From NCBI GenBank assembly GCA_021798985.1, contig JAJZBI010000020.1, positions 4,785 to 68,784 on the forward strand: a DNA stretch of 64,000 nucleotides, given 5' to 3'. This stretch comes from Actinomycetes bacterium (GTDB taxonomy: Bacteria > Actinomycetota > Acidimicrobiia > Acidimicrobiales > Bog-793). The position numbers and the translations under genes were made by a program. Positions 41,917 to 51,550 of the stretch are shown piece after piece; within the stretch, counting starts at the first letter, position 1; the number at the start of each line of letters is the position of its first letter. The notes below the pieces were generated by a model. The model was not told where the DNA came from. It searched no databases and was given only the letters and a program-made list of their open reading frames with translations.

Positions 41917-43524
41917 ATGACGATGCCCTTCATCCACCGGGTCCAGCCGAAGACCGCGGCTGCTCCCGAGCCCACCGCTGGCGGGTCCGGTCCGCTCGTG
42001 GACCCACCGCCAGCAAGCGGCGCCCGCCTGGTCGCCCACGGGCTCACCAAGTCCTTCAGCGGCGCGACCGTCCTCGACGCCGTGTCGGTGAGCTTCGAGC
42101 CCGGCGAGATCCACACCCTGCTCGGCGAGAACGGCGCGGGGAAATCCACGCTGTTCAAGATCCTGAGCGGCCTGTATCCCGCCGATGCCGGTTGGCTGGA
42201 GCTGGTCGGCGACCGCCTGCCCGAGCTCACACCGCGGCTGGCGCTCGAGCGGGGCATCTACCTCGTGCCGCAGGAGCCGACGCTGATGGCGCACCTTTCG
42301 GCGGCGGAGAACCTCTACACCGGGGTGCTCCCGCGCCGGCGGATCTCGGCGCTCGTCGACTGGGGTCGCATCCGAAAGGACGCCGCGAGCTCGCTCGAGC
42401 GGGTCGGCCTCGACATCGACCCGGAGACCCCAGCCCGAGATCTCAGCATCGCCCAGCAGCAACTGCTCGAGTGCGCCCGCGCGCTGGTGCACCACTGCCG
42501 CGTGATCCTGTTCGACGAGCCGACGTCACCGCTCACCGCTCATGAGACCGAGATCCTCTTCGGGCTCATGCGGGCCCTGCAGGCCGAGGGGCTATGCCTC
42601 GGCTTCATCAGCCACCGCCTCGACGAGGTGATCGAGATCAGCGACCGCATCAGCGTCCTTCGCGACGGGCGCCACGTGGCCTCCTTCGACCGCGGCACGG
42701 TGGCACGCGACGACCTCGTCACCGCGATGGTCGGGCGCGAGATCGGCGTGCGGACCCGGACACGGCGGACCTCGGACCTGGCGTCGCGCCAAGAGGTCCT
42801 GCGCGTCGAGGGCCTGAGCCTTGCCCCGGTCTTCACCGACATCTCCTTTCACCTGCTCAGCCATGAGGTAGTCGGCATGGCGGGCCTCGTGGGCAGCGGG
42901 CGCACCGAGATCGCTGAGACTCTGTTCGGGCTGCGCAGCGCGGACCGGGGGAGCGTCCGGATCGGCGAGCGCACCCTGGGGCACCGCTCGCCGCGCACCT
43001 GCATCGACGCGGGCCTGATCTACCTGCCCGAGGACCGGGGGCGCCACGGGATCTTCGCCGAGGTGGATCTCACGCGCAACGTCACCGCCGGGATCGTGCC
43101 CCGCCTGCCGCGCCGGTGGGGCCTGCTCAACAAGTCCGAGGAGGAGCGGGGGGCGTCGACGGCCGTTGCGCGGACCTCGGTCAAGACGGCCTCGCTCGGC
43201 GCGGCGATCAACACGTTGTCGGGTGGGAACCAGCAGCGGGCGATGTTCTCCCGGTGGCTGATGGCCGAGCCGCAAGTCGCCATCCTCGACGAGCCGACGA
43301 GGGGCGTCGACATCGGCGCGAAGGACGACATCTACGACATCATCTCAGACCTCGCCGCCTCGGGAATGGCCTGCCTCATCATCTCCTCGGACCTTGAAGA
43401 GCTCGCGCTGACCTGCGACCGGGTACTCGTCGTCTACGAGGGACGCATCGTCGGTGAGGTGGGCGGCGCCGAGATCACGACGGCGCGCCTTGGCGAGCTC
43501 GTCGTCGGGGCGGGCGTCCGGTGA
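41917..43524 (+). CDS. sugar ABC transporter ATP-binding protein (duplicated ABC domains, RbsA-like)
   Basis: GENGAGKSTLFKIL, LSIAQQQLLECARAL, ILFDEPTSPL, then a second domain GLVGSGRTE, LSGGNQQRAMFSRWL, AILDEPTRGVD. Start uncertain (TTG 41854, ATG 41917, or a GTG near 41998). Confidence 0.88.
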   Translation: MTMPFIHRVQPKTAAAPEPTAGGSGPLVDPPPASGARLVAHGLTKSFSGATVLDAVSVSFEPGEIHTLLGENGAGKSTLFKILSGLYPADAGWLELVGDRLPELTPRLALERGIYLVPQEPTLMAHLSAAENLYTGVLPRRRISALVDWGRIRKDAASSLERVGLDIDPETPARDLSIAQQQLLECARALVHHCRVILFDEPTSPLTAHETEILFGLMRALQAEGLCLGFISHRLDEVIEISDRISVLRDGRHVASFDRGTVARDDLVTAMVGREIGVRTRTRRTSDLASRQEVLRVEGLSLAPVFTDISFHLLSHEVVGMAGLVGSGRTEIAETLFGLRSADRGSVRIGERTLGHRSPRTCIDAGLIYLPEDRGRHGIFAEVDLTRNVTAGIVPRLPRRWGLLNKSEEERGASTAVARTSVKTASLGAAINTLSGGNQQRAMFSRWLMAEPQVAILDEPTRGVDIGAKDDIYDIISDLAASGMACLIISSDLEELALTCDRVLVVYEGRIVGEVGGAEITTARLGELVVGAGVR

Positions 43525-44564
43525 CCGTCGCGCTCCCCTTGCGCCGGCGCGAGCGCGGCGGCGCCTCGATGCGGCGCGCGGTCCTCGGCCGCTGGCTGCG
43601 GCTGCGCGAAGTCCAGCTCGTCCTGGCGATGGCCGCCGTCGTCATCGCCAGTGCGATCTTGCACCCCGACTTCCTCGCGCCCGGGAACATCTCGTTCATG
43701 CTCGCCGACTCGGCGGTGACCGCGATCCTCGCGACCGGCCAGACGCTGGTGATCCTCGGCAAGGGGATCGACCTGTCGGTCGCTCCAATCCTCGGCATCT
43801 GCGCGGTCGAGGTGGGATTCCCCGCACAGAACCACAACCTCAACCTCGCGCTCGCGCTCATGCTCGTGATGGGCATCGGCATCATGCTCGGGATCGGCAA
43901 CGGGCTCCTCGTCAGCTGGGCCCGCATCCCGCCGATCATCACCACGCTCGCGACGCTGTCAGTCTACGGCGGCCTCCAGTTCATCTTGGCGAACGGCCAG
44001 GAGGTCGTGAACATCCCGAACGCCTACGACACGCTCGGGAACGCGGACCTCCTCAGCGGCGTTCCCTGGGTGCTCGTGATCGCGGTGGGGATCGCCGTGG
44101 CGGTGGCGCTCTTTCTGCGCCAGACCAATCTCGGCCGCTCCATCTACGCGGTCGGCAACAACGCGGACGCCGCCCACCGCTCGGGGATCGCGGTGCGGCG
44201 GATCATCTTCACGACCTACGTGCTCTCGGGCCTGCTTGCCGGCATCGCCGGCCTGATCTACCTCTGCCACACCGGCTCGGCGGATTCGACGACGGGCACC
44301 GACTCCAATGTCGAGCTGACCTCGATCGCCGCCACCTTGATCGGCGGCACGACGCTGACCGGCGGCCGGGGCGGGGTGATCGGCAGCGTGCTCGGGGCGA
44401 TCTTCTTGTCGGTGGCGCTCACGGCGATGGTCTTTGCCCGCATTCCGGCGATCTGGGAGCCCGCGGGCGTCGGTGCGCTGATCCTGCTCGCGATGGTGAC
44501 GGACCGGCACTCGGGCACGCTCGCCTCGCGCGCACGACGGCGAGGTGGCGAGGTGGCGAGATGA
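43521..44564 (+). CDS. sugar ABC transporter permease (RbsC-like)
   Basis: Polytopic protein with TGQTLVILGKGIDLSV and IAATLIGGTTLTGGRGGVIGSVLGA. 4-nt overlap with the ATPase gene. Confidence 0.88.
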   Translation: MTVALPLRRRERGGASMRRAVLGRWLRLREVQLVLAMAAVVIASAILHPDFLAPGNISFMLADSAVTAILATGQTLVILGKGIDLSVAPILGICAVEVGFPAQNHNLNLALALMLVMGIGIMLGIGNGLLVSWARIPPIITTLATLSVYGGLQFILANGQEVVNIPNAYDTLGNADLLSGVPWVLVIAVGIAVAVALFLRQTNLGRSIYAVGNNADAAHRSGIAVRRIIFTTYVLSGLLAGIAGLIYLCHTGSADSTTGTDSNVELTSIAATLIGGTTLTGGRGGVIGSVLGAIFLSVALTAMVFARIPAIWEPAGVGALILLAMVTDRHSGTLASRARRRGGEVAR

Positions 44565-45640
44565 TCGACCTGAAACTGCCGCGCCCGGCGGCGCCCGCGG
44601 CCACCGTCGCGAGACGGGCGGACACGCGACGGCGGGACCGCAACTGGGTGCTCGCCCTCGTCCTGCTCCTCGTGCTCGAGGTCCTCTACTTCTCGGTGAC
44701 CGTCTCGGGCTTCTTCGGGAACGGGTCGGGGCTGCTCGCGCTCAGCGAACAGTTCCTCGACGTCGGGGCGATCGCGCTCGGCGAGGCCGTCGTCATCCTC
44801 GCCGGCGAGATCGACCTGTCGGCGGGCACGCTGTCCAGCCTGTCGGGCATCGTCATGGCGGTCCTGTGGCAGCAGCAGCACGTCGAGATCTGGGTCGCCG
44901 TGGTGATCGCGCTGGTGCTGTCCGGCGTGATCGGCGCCTTCAACGGCCTCGTGATCACGTTCTTTAAGGTGGACTCGCTGCTCGTGACGCTGGCGACCCA
45001 GTTCATCCTCGGTGCGGTGGCCACGGCGCTCAGCGGCTCGTCGCCGCCCTATGGCTTCCCGGGCTCATTCGTCTCGATCGCCGGCACCGGGACGATCGGG
45101 CCGATCCCGAACCAGCTCGTGGTGTTCGCCGTGCTGGCGATCGGAGTCGCCGTGGCGGTGAGCCGCACGCGCATGGGGCGCTCGCTCGCGCTCATCGGCT
45201 ACAACCGTCCTGCCGGTCGCTACTCCGGCATCCGGATCGAGCGGACGGTGCTCGGCGCCTTCGTGTTCAGCGCGCTGATGGCCGGCGTTTCGGGCATCTT
45301 GGTCTCGGGTCTGTACAACGCGGCGCGCGACGACATCGGCAACTCGCTGCTCCTGCCCGCCATCACCGTCGTCGTCCTCGGCGGCGTCGACATCTTCGGC
45401 GGTCGCGGGCGCATCAGCGGGGTCATCGTGGCGACCTTCGTCCTCGGCTTTCTCACCCAGGGGCTCCTCGTGGCCGGTGACAGCTCGCTCTCGGCGACGA
45501 TGGTGACCGGCATCTTGCTGATCGTCTGCCTGGTCCTAAAGATCGGCCTCGATCGCCGCGCCGGGCTCGACGTCCGGGCGATGCTGCGCCAACGGATCGC
45601 CCGCACCTCCGGTCCGCGGCGCGCCGGGGAGGCGTCATGA
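44561..45640 (+). CDS. sugar ABC transporter permease (second RbsC-like subunit)
   Basis: ATG 44561 overlaps the upstream TGA. ALGEAVVILAGEIDLSAG and VVVLGGVDIFGGRGRISGVIVATF. Confidence 0.88.
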   Translation: MIDLKLPRPAAPAATVARRADTRRRDRNWVLALVLLLVLEVLYFSVTVSGFFGNGSGLLALSEQFLDVGAIALGEAVVILAGEIDLSAGTLSSLSGIVMAVLWQQQHVEIWVAVVIALVLSGVIGAFNGLVITFFKVDSLLVTLATQFILGAVATALSGSSPPYGFPGSFVSIAGTGTIGPIPNQLVVFAVLAIGVAVAVSRTRMGRSLALIGYNRPAGRYSGIRIERTVLGAFVFSALMAGVSGILVSGLYNAARDDIGNSLLLPAITVVVLGGVDIFGGRGRISGVIVATFVLGFLTQGLLVAGDSSLSATMVTGILLIVCLVLKIGLDRRAGLDVRAMLRQRIARTSGPRRAGEAS

Positions 45641-45719
45641 GTCGTCGGTGCACCACGGCCAGTTGCTCGACGCGACCGACGCGCCTTGGCCTGCCGCCCC
45701 CACCCGGGGGATGGGCGAT

Positions 45720-45733
45720 TGGTAGCGCTAACA
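45720..45733. promoter_or_regulatory. LacI-family operator 4 (TGGTAGCGCTAACA) upstream of the lacI-type gene
   Basis: Same AGCGCT-centred motif as operators 1-3. Lies between the permease stop (45640) and the regulator start. Confidence 0.55.
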
Positions 45734-45885
45734 TCTGTGCCCGACGACACCGCCGGCGATGGAGGGGCACCGTGGAGGTCGACCAGCCCCAAGTGAGCGC
45801 GCCCGGCACGGGCGCGAGCACGGCGGCGATCGAGAACCCGCCCGGAGCGGCGCCGTCGCCCGAGGCGGCGCGCACCTCGCCGCTC

Positions 45886-46887
45886 ATGACCGACGTGGCG
45901 CGGGCGGCGGGCGTGTCGCCGATGACGGTCTCGCGCGTGCTGAACGGGCACCCCTCGGTGCGGCCCGAGACCCGCCAGAAGGTCCTCGAGGCGGTCGAGC
46001 GCCTGGAGTACCGGCGAAACTCCGCGGCGCGGACCCTCGCGACGCGACGGTCGCAGACCATCGGCGTCGTCGCGTTCGACAGCACCTTTTACGGCCAGGC
46101 GGCGTGCGTGCGCGGCGTCGAGCACGCCGCCCGGGCCGCCGGCTACTTCGTCAGCATCGCCACCGTGAAGGAGGTCAACGAGCGCTCGCTGGGCGAGGCG
46201 TCGGACTCCCTTGTCGCCCAGTCCGTCGACGGCCTCGTCGTGGTGACCCCGCGGGCCTCGGTCCTTGAGGAGCTGAGAGAGCGGGCGGTGGGCGTCGCGA
46301 TGGTCGTGGCGGGCGGGTCGCCCCACAGCGGCCTGCCGACGGCATCGGCCGACCAGGAGGCCGGCGGGCGGCGGGCGACGCGCCACCTGTTGTTCCGCGG
46401 GCACGAGACGGTCTGGCACGTCGCCGGCCCGGAGGACTGGGACGACTCGCACGGGCGGCTCGTCGGCTGGCAGTCGGCGCTCGCCGACGCCGGGGCGATC
46501 GAGCCGCGCGTGATCCGCGGGGACTGGACGGCGGCGTCTGGCTACCAGGCCGGGCTCGAGCTCGCCCGCCATCGTGACGTGACCGCCGTCTTCGTCGCCA
46601 ACGACCAGATGGCCCTCGGGGTGATGCTGGCGCTCAAGCAGTCGGGACGGCGCGTGCCCGAGGACGTCAGCGTCGTCGGCTTCGACGACATCCCCGAGGC
46701 GGCGTTCTTCGATCCGCCGCTCACGACCATCCGCCAGGACTTCGAGGAACTGGGGCGACGGAGCATGCGCCTGCTGCTGCAGGCGATGGAGACCGGGTCG
46801 GTGGCCTCGAGCGCCCCGGTGATCCCCGAGTTCGTCGGCCGCTTGAGCACGGCGGACGCGGGAGCGGTGGCCAATGGGCTCCGCTGA
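45886..46887 (+). CDS. LacI-family transcriptional regulator
   Basis: MTDVARAAGVSPMTVSRVLNGHPSVRPETRQKVLEAVERLEYRRNSAARTL HTH, then a periplasmic-binding-fold effector domain. An upstream GTG 45772 after GGAGGGG is an alternative start. Confidence 0.9.
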   Translation: MTDVARAAGVSPMTVSRVLNGHPSVRPETRQKVLEAVERLEYRRNSAARTLATRRSQTIGVVAFDSTFYGQAACVRGVEHAARAAGYFVSIATVKEVNERSLGEASDSLVAQSVDGLVVVTPRASVLEELRERAVGVAMVVAGGSPHSGLPTASADQEAGGRRATRHLLFRGHETVWHVAGPEDWDDSHGRLVGWQSALADAGAIEPRVIRGDWTAASGYQAGLELARHRDVTAVFVANDQMALGVMLALKQSGRRVPEDVSVVGFDDIPEAAFFDPPLTTIRQDFEELGRRSMRLLLQAMETGSVASSAPVIPEFVGRLSTADAGAVANGLR

Positions 46888-47902
46888 GCGCGGCCTCGGC
46901 GCAAGTGGCGCGCCGATCGCCCGCATCGACGCGAACGGAGCGACGCTCGTGCTCACTCGCCATGGCAACTACACGGTCGAGCCGATCAGCTTCACGAGCT
47001 CCCGCCTGCAGCTCGCCGGCACGCTCTACGTGCCGGCGGGGCTGGAGCGCCCCGCCCCGGCGATCGTCATCTTGGGGCCGCTCGGGCAGGTGAAAGAGCA
47101 CAGCCCCGTGCAGTACGCGACGCGGCTCGCCGACGAGGGCTTCTTGGTGCTCGCCTTCGACTGCGCCCACCATGGGGAGAGCGCCGGTGAGCCCCGCCAG
47201 CTGATCGATCCGGCGCGCAAGGTCGCCGACCTGCGCGCCGCGGTCGGCACGGTGGCGAGCCTGTCGATGGCCGACCCGAACGCCATCGTCGTGGTGGGTA
47301 TCGGGGAGGGCGGCGCGGAGGCGATCGCTGCGGCGGCGAGCGAGCCGAGGATCTCCGCCGTCGTCACGGTCGCCGGCCGCTACCGCGACCCCGACAGCGA
47401 CCTCGTCGCGCTCGGTGGCGAGGACGCCGACCTCCCCACCAGCGAGGGGGCACGCCGGCTGCGCGCCCGTCTGGAGCGCGCCCGGGCCGCCTCTGCCCGC
47501 TACGCCACCACGGGCGAGGTCGACTACGCCCCCCTCGTCGACCCCGCCCGCGACGATGTGGCGCTGCCGGGCGAGGCAGCGTGGCGGTGGTTCAACCGCA
47601 ACGCCGGTCTTGGGCGCTGGGAGAACCGCTACGCGGTGATGGGGGACCTCTCCTACTTCGCCTTCGAGTCGCTCGGCGCCGCCGCCTCGCTCACCGTGCC
47701 CTTGCTGATGGTGCACGGCCAGATGGACTCGCCGGACGCCGCCGCGGCGCGCCGGCACTTCGAGCGCGTGGCCTCGCCCAAGCAGCTGGTGTGGCTGGAG
47801 GAGCCCTCGCGGCTTCGCTATTACGACGACCCGGTCGTCGTCGACCAGGTGGCCGCCCAGATCACGCGCTGGCTCGCGCGCGGTTCGCCAGCGCGCCGGT
47901 AG
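46874..47902 (+). CDS. alpha/beta-fold hydrolase-like protein (dienelactone-hydrolase/COG1073-like)
   Basis: PAIVILGPLGQVKEH, GFLVLAFDCAHHGESAG, VVVGIGEGGAEAIAAA (nucleophile-elbow position), LLMVHGQMDSP. Confidence 0.7.
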   Translation: MGSAERGLGASGAPIARIDANGATLVLTRHGNYTVEPISFTSSRLQLAGTLYVPAGLERPAPAIVILGPLGQVKEHSPVQYATRLADEGFLVLAFDCAHHGESAGEPRQLIDPARKVADLRAAVGTVASLSMADPNAIVVVGIGEGGAEAIAAAASEPRISAVVTVAGRYRDPDSDLVALGGEDADLPTSEGARRLRARLERARAASARYATTGEVDYAPLVDPARDDVALPGEAAWRWFNRNAGLGRWENRYAVMGDLSYFAFESLGAAASLTVPLLMVHGQMDSPDAAAARRHFERVASPKQLVWLEEPSRLRYYDDPVVVDQVAAQITRWLARGSPARR

Positions 47903-47925
47903 CCAGCGCGCCGGTAGTCAGCGCG
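47888..47925. repeat. 15-bp tandem repeat CCAGCGCGCCGGTAG x2 plus partial third copy
   Basis: 47888..47902 and 47903..47917 are identical, followed by TCAGCGCGG. The first copy contains the hydrolase stop codon TAG. Confidence 0.8.
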
Positions 47926-47956
47926 GTCGAGGGCCACCCGCCCTGAAGGGCGCGCC

Positions 47957-48682
47957 TCAGTGGCCGCGGCGGTGATGGCGCGCACCGTCGCGCCCCGCGG
48001 CCGGCTCCTCGTCGCCGAGGCGCGAGCCGTAGGCCGTGATGGACAAGAAGCGCACCGGGACGCCCGCCAGGCGGACCGGCCCGTGGGGCACCTCGCCGTC
48101 GAACTGGAGCGCATCGCCCGGCGCCAGGCCGTAGACGGCGCCGCCGTAGCCGTAGTCCATCTCCCCCTCGAGCAGGTAGAGGAGCTCGGTGCCGGGGTGC
48201 TGGTAGAGCGGGAAGACCTCCGCCTCGTTCATCAAGGTGACGAGCATCGGCTCCATGCGCTTGGCCGGCCCGCGCATCGAGCCGAGCAGCTGGTAGCGAT
48301 GGCCCGAGCGGGTGCCCGGCCGACCGAGCTCTGGCGCCTCGCCGGCGCGGGTGAACAGGGCGTCGCGCTCCTCGTCGAGGCCCTGGAACAGCGCGGTCAC
48401 GGGGATCTCCAGGGCGTCGGCGAGGCGCACCAGCGTATGCAGGCTCGGCGAGCCCTGGGCGGCCTGGATCTTGGAGATCATCGGCTTGGAAAGGCCCGTC
48501 CTGCGGGCGAGGTCGCTCTGGGACAGCCCCAGCTCCTGGCTGCGGCTGCGCACCCGGCCGGCGATCACGCGCGCTAACTCGGCGAGGCGGTCCTCGCTCG
48601 TCGCCGAGGGCGCGGGCGCGCTCAGCCGGTCGGCGCGCGAGCCGGCGCGGCGCTCGCGACGCCTGGCGACCGCCTCGCTCAA
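47957..48682 (-). CDS. XRE-family HTH regulator with C-terminal cupin domain
   Basis: IAGRVRSRSQELGLSQSDLARRTGLSKPMISKIQAAQGSPSLHTLVRLADALEIPV (HTH_3). Cupin part YQHPGTELLYLLEGEMDYGYGG..LAPGDALQFDGEVPHGP. No ATG. TTG 48682 (TTGA overlap with the hsp20 stop) or a downstream GTG at VIAGRV are candidate starts. Confidence 0.75.
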   Translation of the reverse strand: MSEAVARRRERRAGSRADRLSAPAPSATSEDRLAELARVIAGRVRSRSQELGLSQSDLARRTGLSKPMISKIQAAQGSPSLHTLVRLADALEIPVTALFQGLDEERDALFTRAGEAPELGRPGTRSGHRYQLLGSMRGPAKRMEPMLVTLMNEAEVFPLYQHPGTELLYLLEGEMDYGYGGAVYGLAPGDALQFDGEVPHGPVRLAGVPVRFLSITAYGSRLGDEEPAAGRDGARHHRRGH

Positions 48683-49128
48683 GCGGACGGGCTCGCGGCG
48701 ACCATCGGGTGGACGGGCGCGTCGAGCGACTCGACCTCGATGGTCCGCGCGGCGTGCGACGCCCGCAGCGGCGCCTGGAGGTGGAGCACGCCGTTGGCAA
48801 CGCTGGCGCGCAGCTCGTCGAGCTTCCAGTGGCTCGGGAAGACGAGCCGCCGCTCGAACAGGCCCTGCACTCGACCGCGCTCGATCAGCTTGATGTCCGA
48901 GTCGGGCAGCTCGCGAGAGACCGAGATGGTGAGGTACTGGTTCTCGAGCGAGACGTGGATCGCCGACGCTTCGACACCGGGCACATCGAAGTCGATGCAC
49001 AGGTCATCGCCCGAGCGGTAGACGTCGTAGGCGAGCGGTGCCTCGGTGCCGATCTGCTCGGAAAGGTTGGCGAAGGGGGCGACCGGCAGGGGCCGCATCT
49101 CCTCGACGGGGTCGAATCGCTTGGTCAT
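48679..49128 (-). CDS. Hsp20/alpha-crystallin family small heat-shock protein
   Basis: DVYRSGDDLCIDFDVPGVEASAIHVSLENQYLTISVSR...FERRLVFPSHWKLDELRASVANGVLHLQAP. ATG 49128 follows GAGAGGAG. Confidence 0.88.
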   Translation of the reverse strand: MTKRFDPVEEMRPLPVAPFANLSEQIGTEAPLAYDVYRSGDDLCIDFDVPGVEASAIHVSLENQYLTISVSRELPDSDIKLIERGRVQGLFERRLVFPSHWKLDELRASVANGVLHLQAPLRASHAARTIEVESLDAPVHPMVAASPSA

Positions 49129-49425
49129 GGCCCACTCCTCTCTGCTGACCTTGAGCCTACCGCCGCGGTCACGTTCAGTAACCACTTTTTCCGATCCGTG
49201 AACCAGGGCACCGGGTCGTCCGCTGCGCCGCGCTGGCGAGCCGAGTGCTGGGGTCCCGGGTGGCCGGGTGCGGTCGCGCGCCCGGCTGTGTACCTTGGCT
49301 CCCGATCGCGTGGGCCAGCGGACGGCGACGCCGAGACGGCTCGGGGATGGCTTCAGAGCACCGCTCGTCGAGACACCCGCGGGTCTAATCGAGGATCGAG
49401 AGAGGCAACGGAAGGACTCCAGCTG

Positions 49426-51387
49426 ATGACCACCTTGTATGTGGCGACCGACGGCTCCGACGCGGCGGACGGGTCGCCGGCCCATCCGCTGCGGACGATC
49501 GACCGGGCCGCACAGCTGGCGCGGGCCGGGGACACCGTCAGGGTGCACGCTGGCGAGTACCGGGAATGGGTGCGGCCGCGCCGCGGCGGGCTGAGCGACC
49601 AGCGGCGCATCACCTACGAAGCCGCCCCGGGTGAGCACGTCGTGATCAAGGGGTCCGAGCGCGTCACGGGCTGGGAGCTCGAGTCGGGCACCGTGTGGCG
49701 GGTTTCGGTCCAAAACGCGCTGTTCGGTGAGTGGAACCCCTTTGGCGAGGAGATCGCCGGTGACTGGCTCGTCGAGCCGGAGGCGCCACGCTGCAAGCAC
49801 CTTGGCGATGTCTACCTCAACGGCCTCAGCTTCTATGAGGTCGAGCACCACGGCGATCTCGCCGACCCGCCGCGGCGCACCGAGGTGGTCGACCACTGGA
49901 CGGGCGTCACCGACCGCGTCCGCAACCCTGAGCAGACCCGCCTCGTCTGGTACGCCGAGGTGGGCGACGACGCGACGACCATCTGGGCGAACTTTGCGGG
50001 CGCGGATCCGAACGCCGAGATCGTCGAGATCAATGTGCGCCGCTCGGTCTTCTTCCCGATCGAGCATCACATCGACTACATCACCGTGCGCGGCTTCGAG
50101 CTCGCCCAGGCCGCCACCCCGTGGGCGCCGCCGACCGCCGATCAGCCGGCGCTGATCGGCCCCAACTGGGCCAAGGGATGGATCATCGAGGACAACGTCA
50201 TTCACGACGCCAAATGCTCGGCGATCTCGCTCGGCAAGGAGGCCTCGACGGGCCACAACTACTCGAGCCTGCGGGGCGACAAGCCCGGGTACCAGTACCA
50301 GCTCGAGTCGGTGTTCTCCGCCCGAGACATCGGCTGGGACAAAGAGCACATCGGCTCGCACGTGGTCCGGCGCAACACCATCTTCGACTGCGGCCAGAAC
50401 GGCGTGGTGGGCCACCTCGGATGCGTCTTCTCGACGATCGAGGACAACCACATCTACAACATCGCCATCAAACGAGAGTTCTACGGCCACGAGATCGCCG
50501 GGATCAAGCTGCACGCCGCGATCGACGTGGAGATCCTCCACAACCGCATCCACGACTGCTCACTCGGGACCTGGCTTGACTGGCAGACCCAAGGCACTCG
50601 GGTCGCACGCAACCTCTTCTACCGCAACAATCGCGACCTGTTCATCGAGGTGAGCCACGGCCCCTATCTCGTCGAGCACAACGTGCTGGCCTCGCCGGTC
50701 GCCTTCGAGTCCTTCAGTCAGGGCGGTGCGTTCGTGCACAACCTCTTCGGCGGGACGCTCCGGCTTCAGACCGTCATGGACCGCGCGACCCCTTACCACC
50801 GCCCGCACAGCACCCAGGTCGCGGGCTACGCCGTGATCTATGGCGGTGACGACCGCTACCTCGGCAACATCTTCCTCTCCGGAGAGCGCTCCGCCGCCTA
50901 CCAGAACCTGCCAAACGCGCATGTCGGCTACGGGACCGGCGGCTATGACGGCCACCCGTCGAGCTTCGAGGAGTACCTCGAGCGGGTCGACGCCGAGCCG
51001 GCCGGAGACCTCCAGCGCTTCATCGACGTGCGCCAGCCGGCCTATGTCGCCAAGAACGCCTACGCGCCGGGGGCTTCCGCCTACTCCGGCGAGGACGGCG
51101 CGCTCGTTTTTGACGAGGAGGTCGCCTTCGAGGTCGTCGAGGAAGGCGACCACGTCTACCTCGACGCCCAACTCCCCGCGGCGTTCGACGATCTGCGCCT
51201 CGGCGTCGTCACGGGCGCCGACCTGGCGCGGGTGCGCTTTGTCGACGCAGAGTTTGAGGCGCGCGATGGGGGCGCGGTCGTGGCGGACGTGGACCTGCTC
51301 GGCGCACACAAAGCACCCGATGACCGCTATCCCGCCGGCCCCATCGCGAGTCTCGGCGCCGGCAGGTCCCGCCTGCGCGTGTGGTGA
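49426..51387 (+). CDS. right-handed parallel beta-helix repeat protein (DUF1565-type N-terminus), no signal peptide
   Basis: MTTLYVATDGSDAADGSPAHPLRTIDRAAQLARAGDTVRVHAGEY. Repeated beta-helix turns (IEDNVIHD, VRRNTIFDCGQNG, IEDNHIYNI, ILHNRIHDC, ARNLFYRN). ATG 49426 follows GGAAGGA. Confidence 0.8.
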   Translation: MTTLYVATDGSDAADGSPAHPLRTIDRAAQLARAGDTVRVHAGEYREWVRPRRGGLSDQRRITYEAAPGEHVVIKGSERVTGWELESGTVWRVSVQNALFGEWNPFGEEIAGDWLVEPEAPRCKHLGDVYLNGLSFYEVEHHGDLADPPRRTEVVDHWTGVTDRVRNPEQTRLVWYAEVGDDATTIWANFAGADPNAEIVEINVRRSVFFPIEHHIDYITVRGFELAQAATPWAPPTADQPALIGPNWAKGWIIEDNVIHDAKCSAISLGKEASTGHNYSSLRGDKPGYQYQLESVFSARDIGWDKEHIGSHVVRRNTIFDCGQNGVVGHLGCVFSTIEDNHIYNIAIKREFYGHEIAGIKLHAAIDVEILHNRIHDCSLGTWLDWQTQGTRVARNLFYRNNRDLFIEVSHGPYLVEHNVLASPVAFESFSQGGAFVHNLFGGTLRLQTVMDRATPYHRPHSTQVAGYAVIYGGDDRYLGNIFLSGERSAAYQNLPNAHVGYGTGGYDGHPSSFEEYLERVDAEPAGDLQRFIDVRQPAYVAKNAYAPGASAYSGEDGALVFDEEVAFEVVEEGDHVYLDAQLPAAFDDLRLGVVTGADLARVRFVDAEFEARDGGAVVADVDLLGAHKAPDDRYPAGPIASLGAGRSRLRVW

Positions 51388-51550
51388 CCAGCGGCGAGGA
51401 CCGGCTGCGCCAATGCGATGACGGGGGAGGATGCGGGTCGGCGCGAGGATCCGCCGAGGGGCGCGGCCGGTGCCCGCGTCGCAGGCGCGCGAGCGCGGCG
51501 GAAACAAGAGCGACCGGGTCGGGCGCGCGGCGCGGCGCGAGCTGGCCGGG

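Noticed and set aside
49129-49425. HspR/HAIR-type or other heat-shock operator upstream of hsp20 (the CTTGAGC... segment).
   Set aside because: The second half-site (ACTCAAG at the required 7-nt spacing) is absent, and no other convincing inverted repeat was seen.
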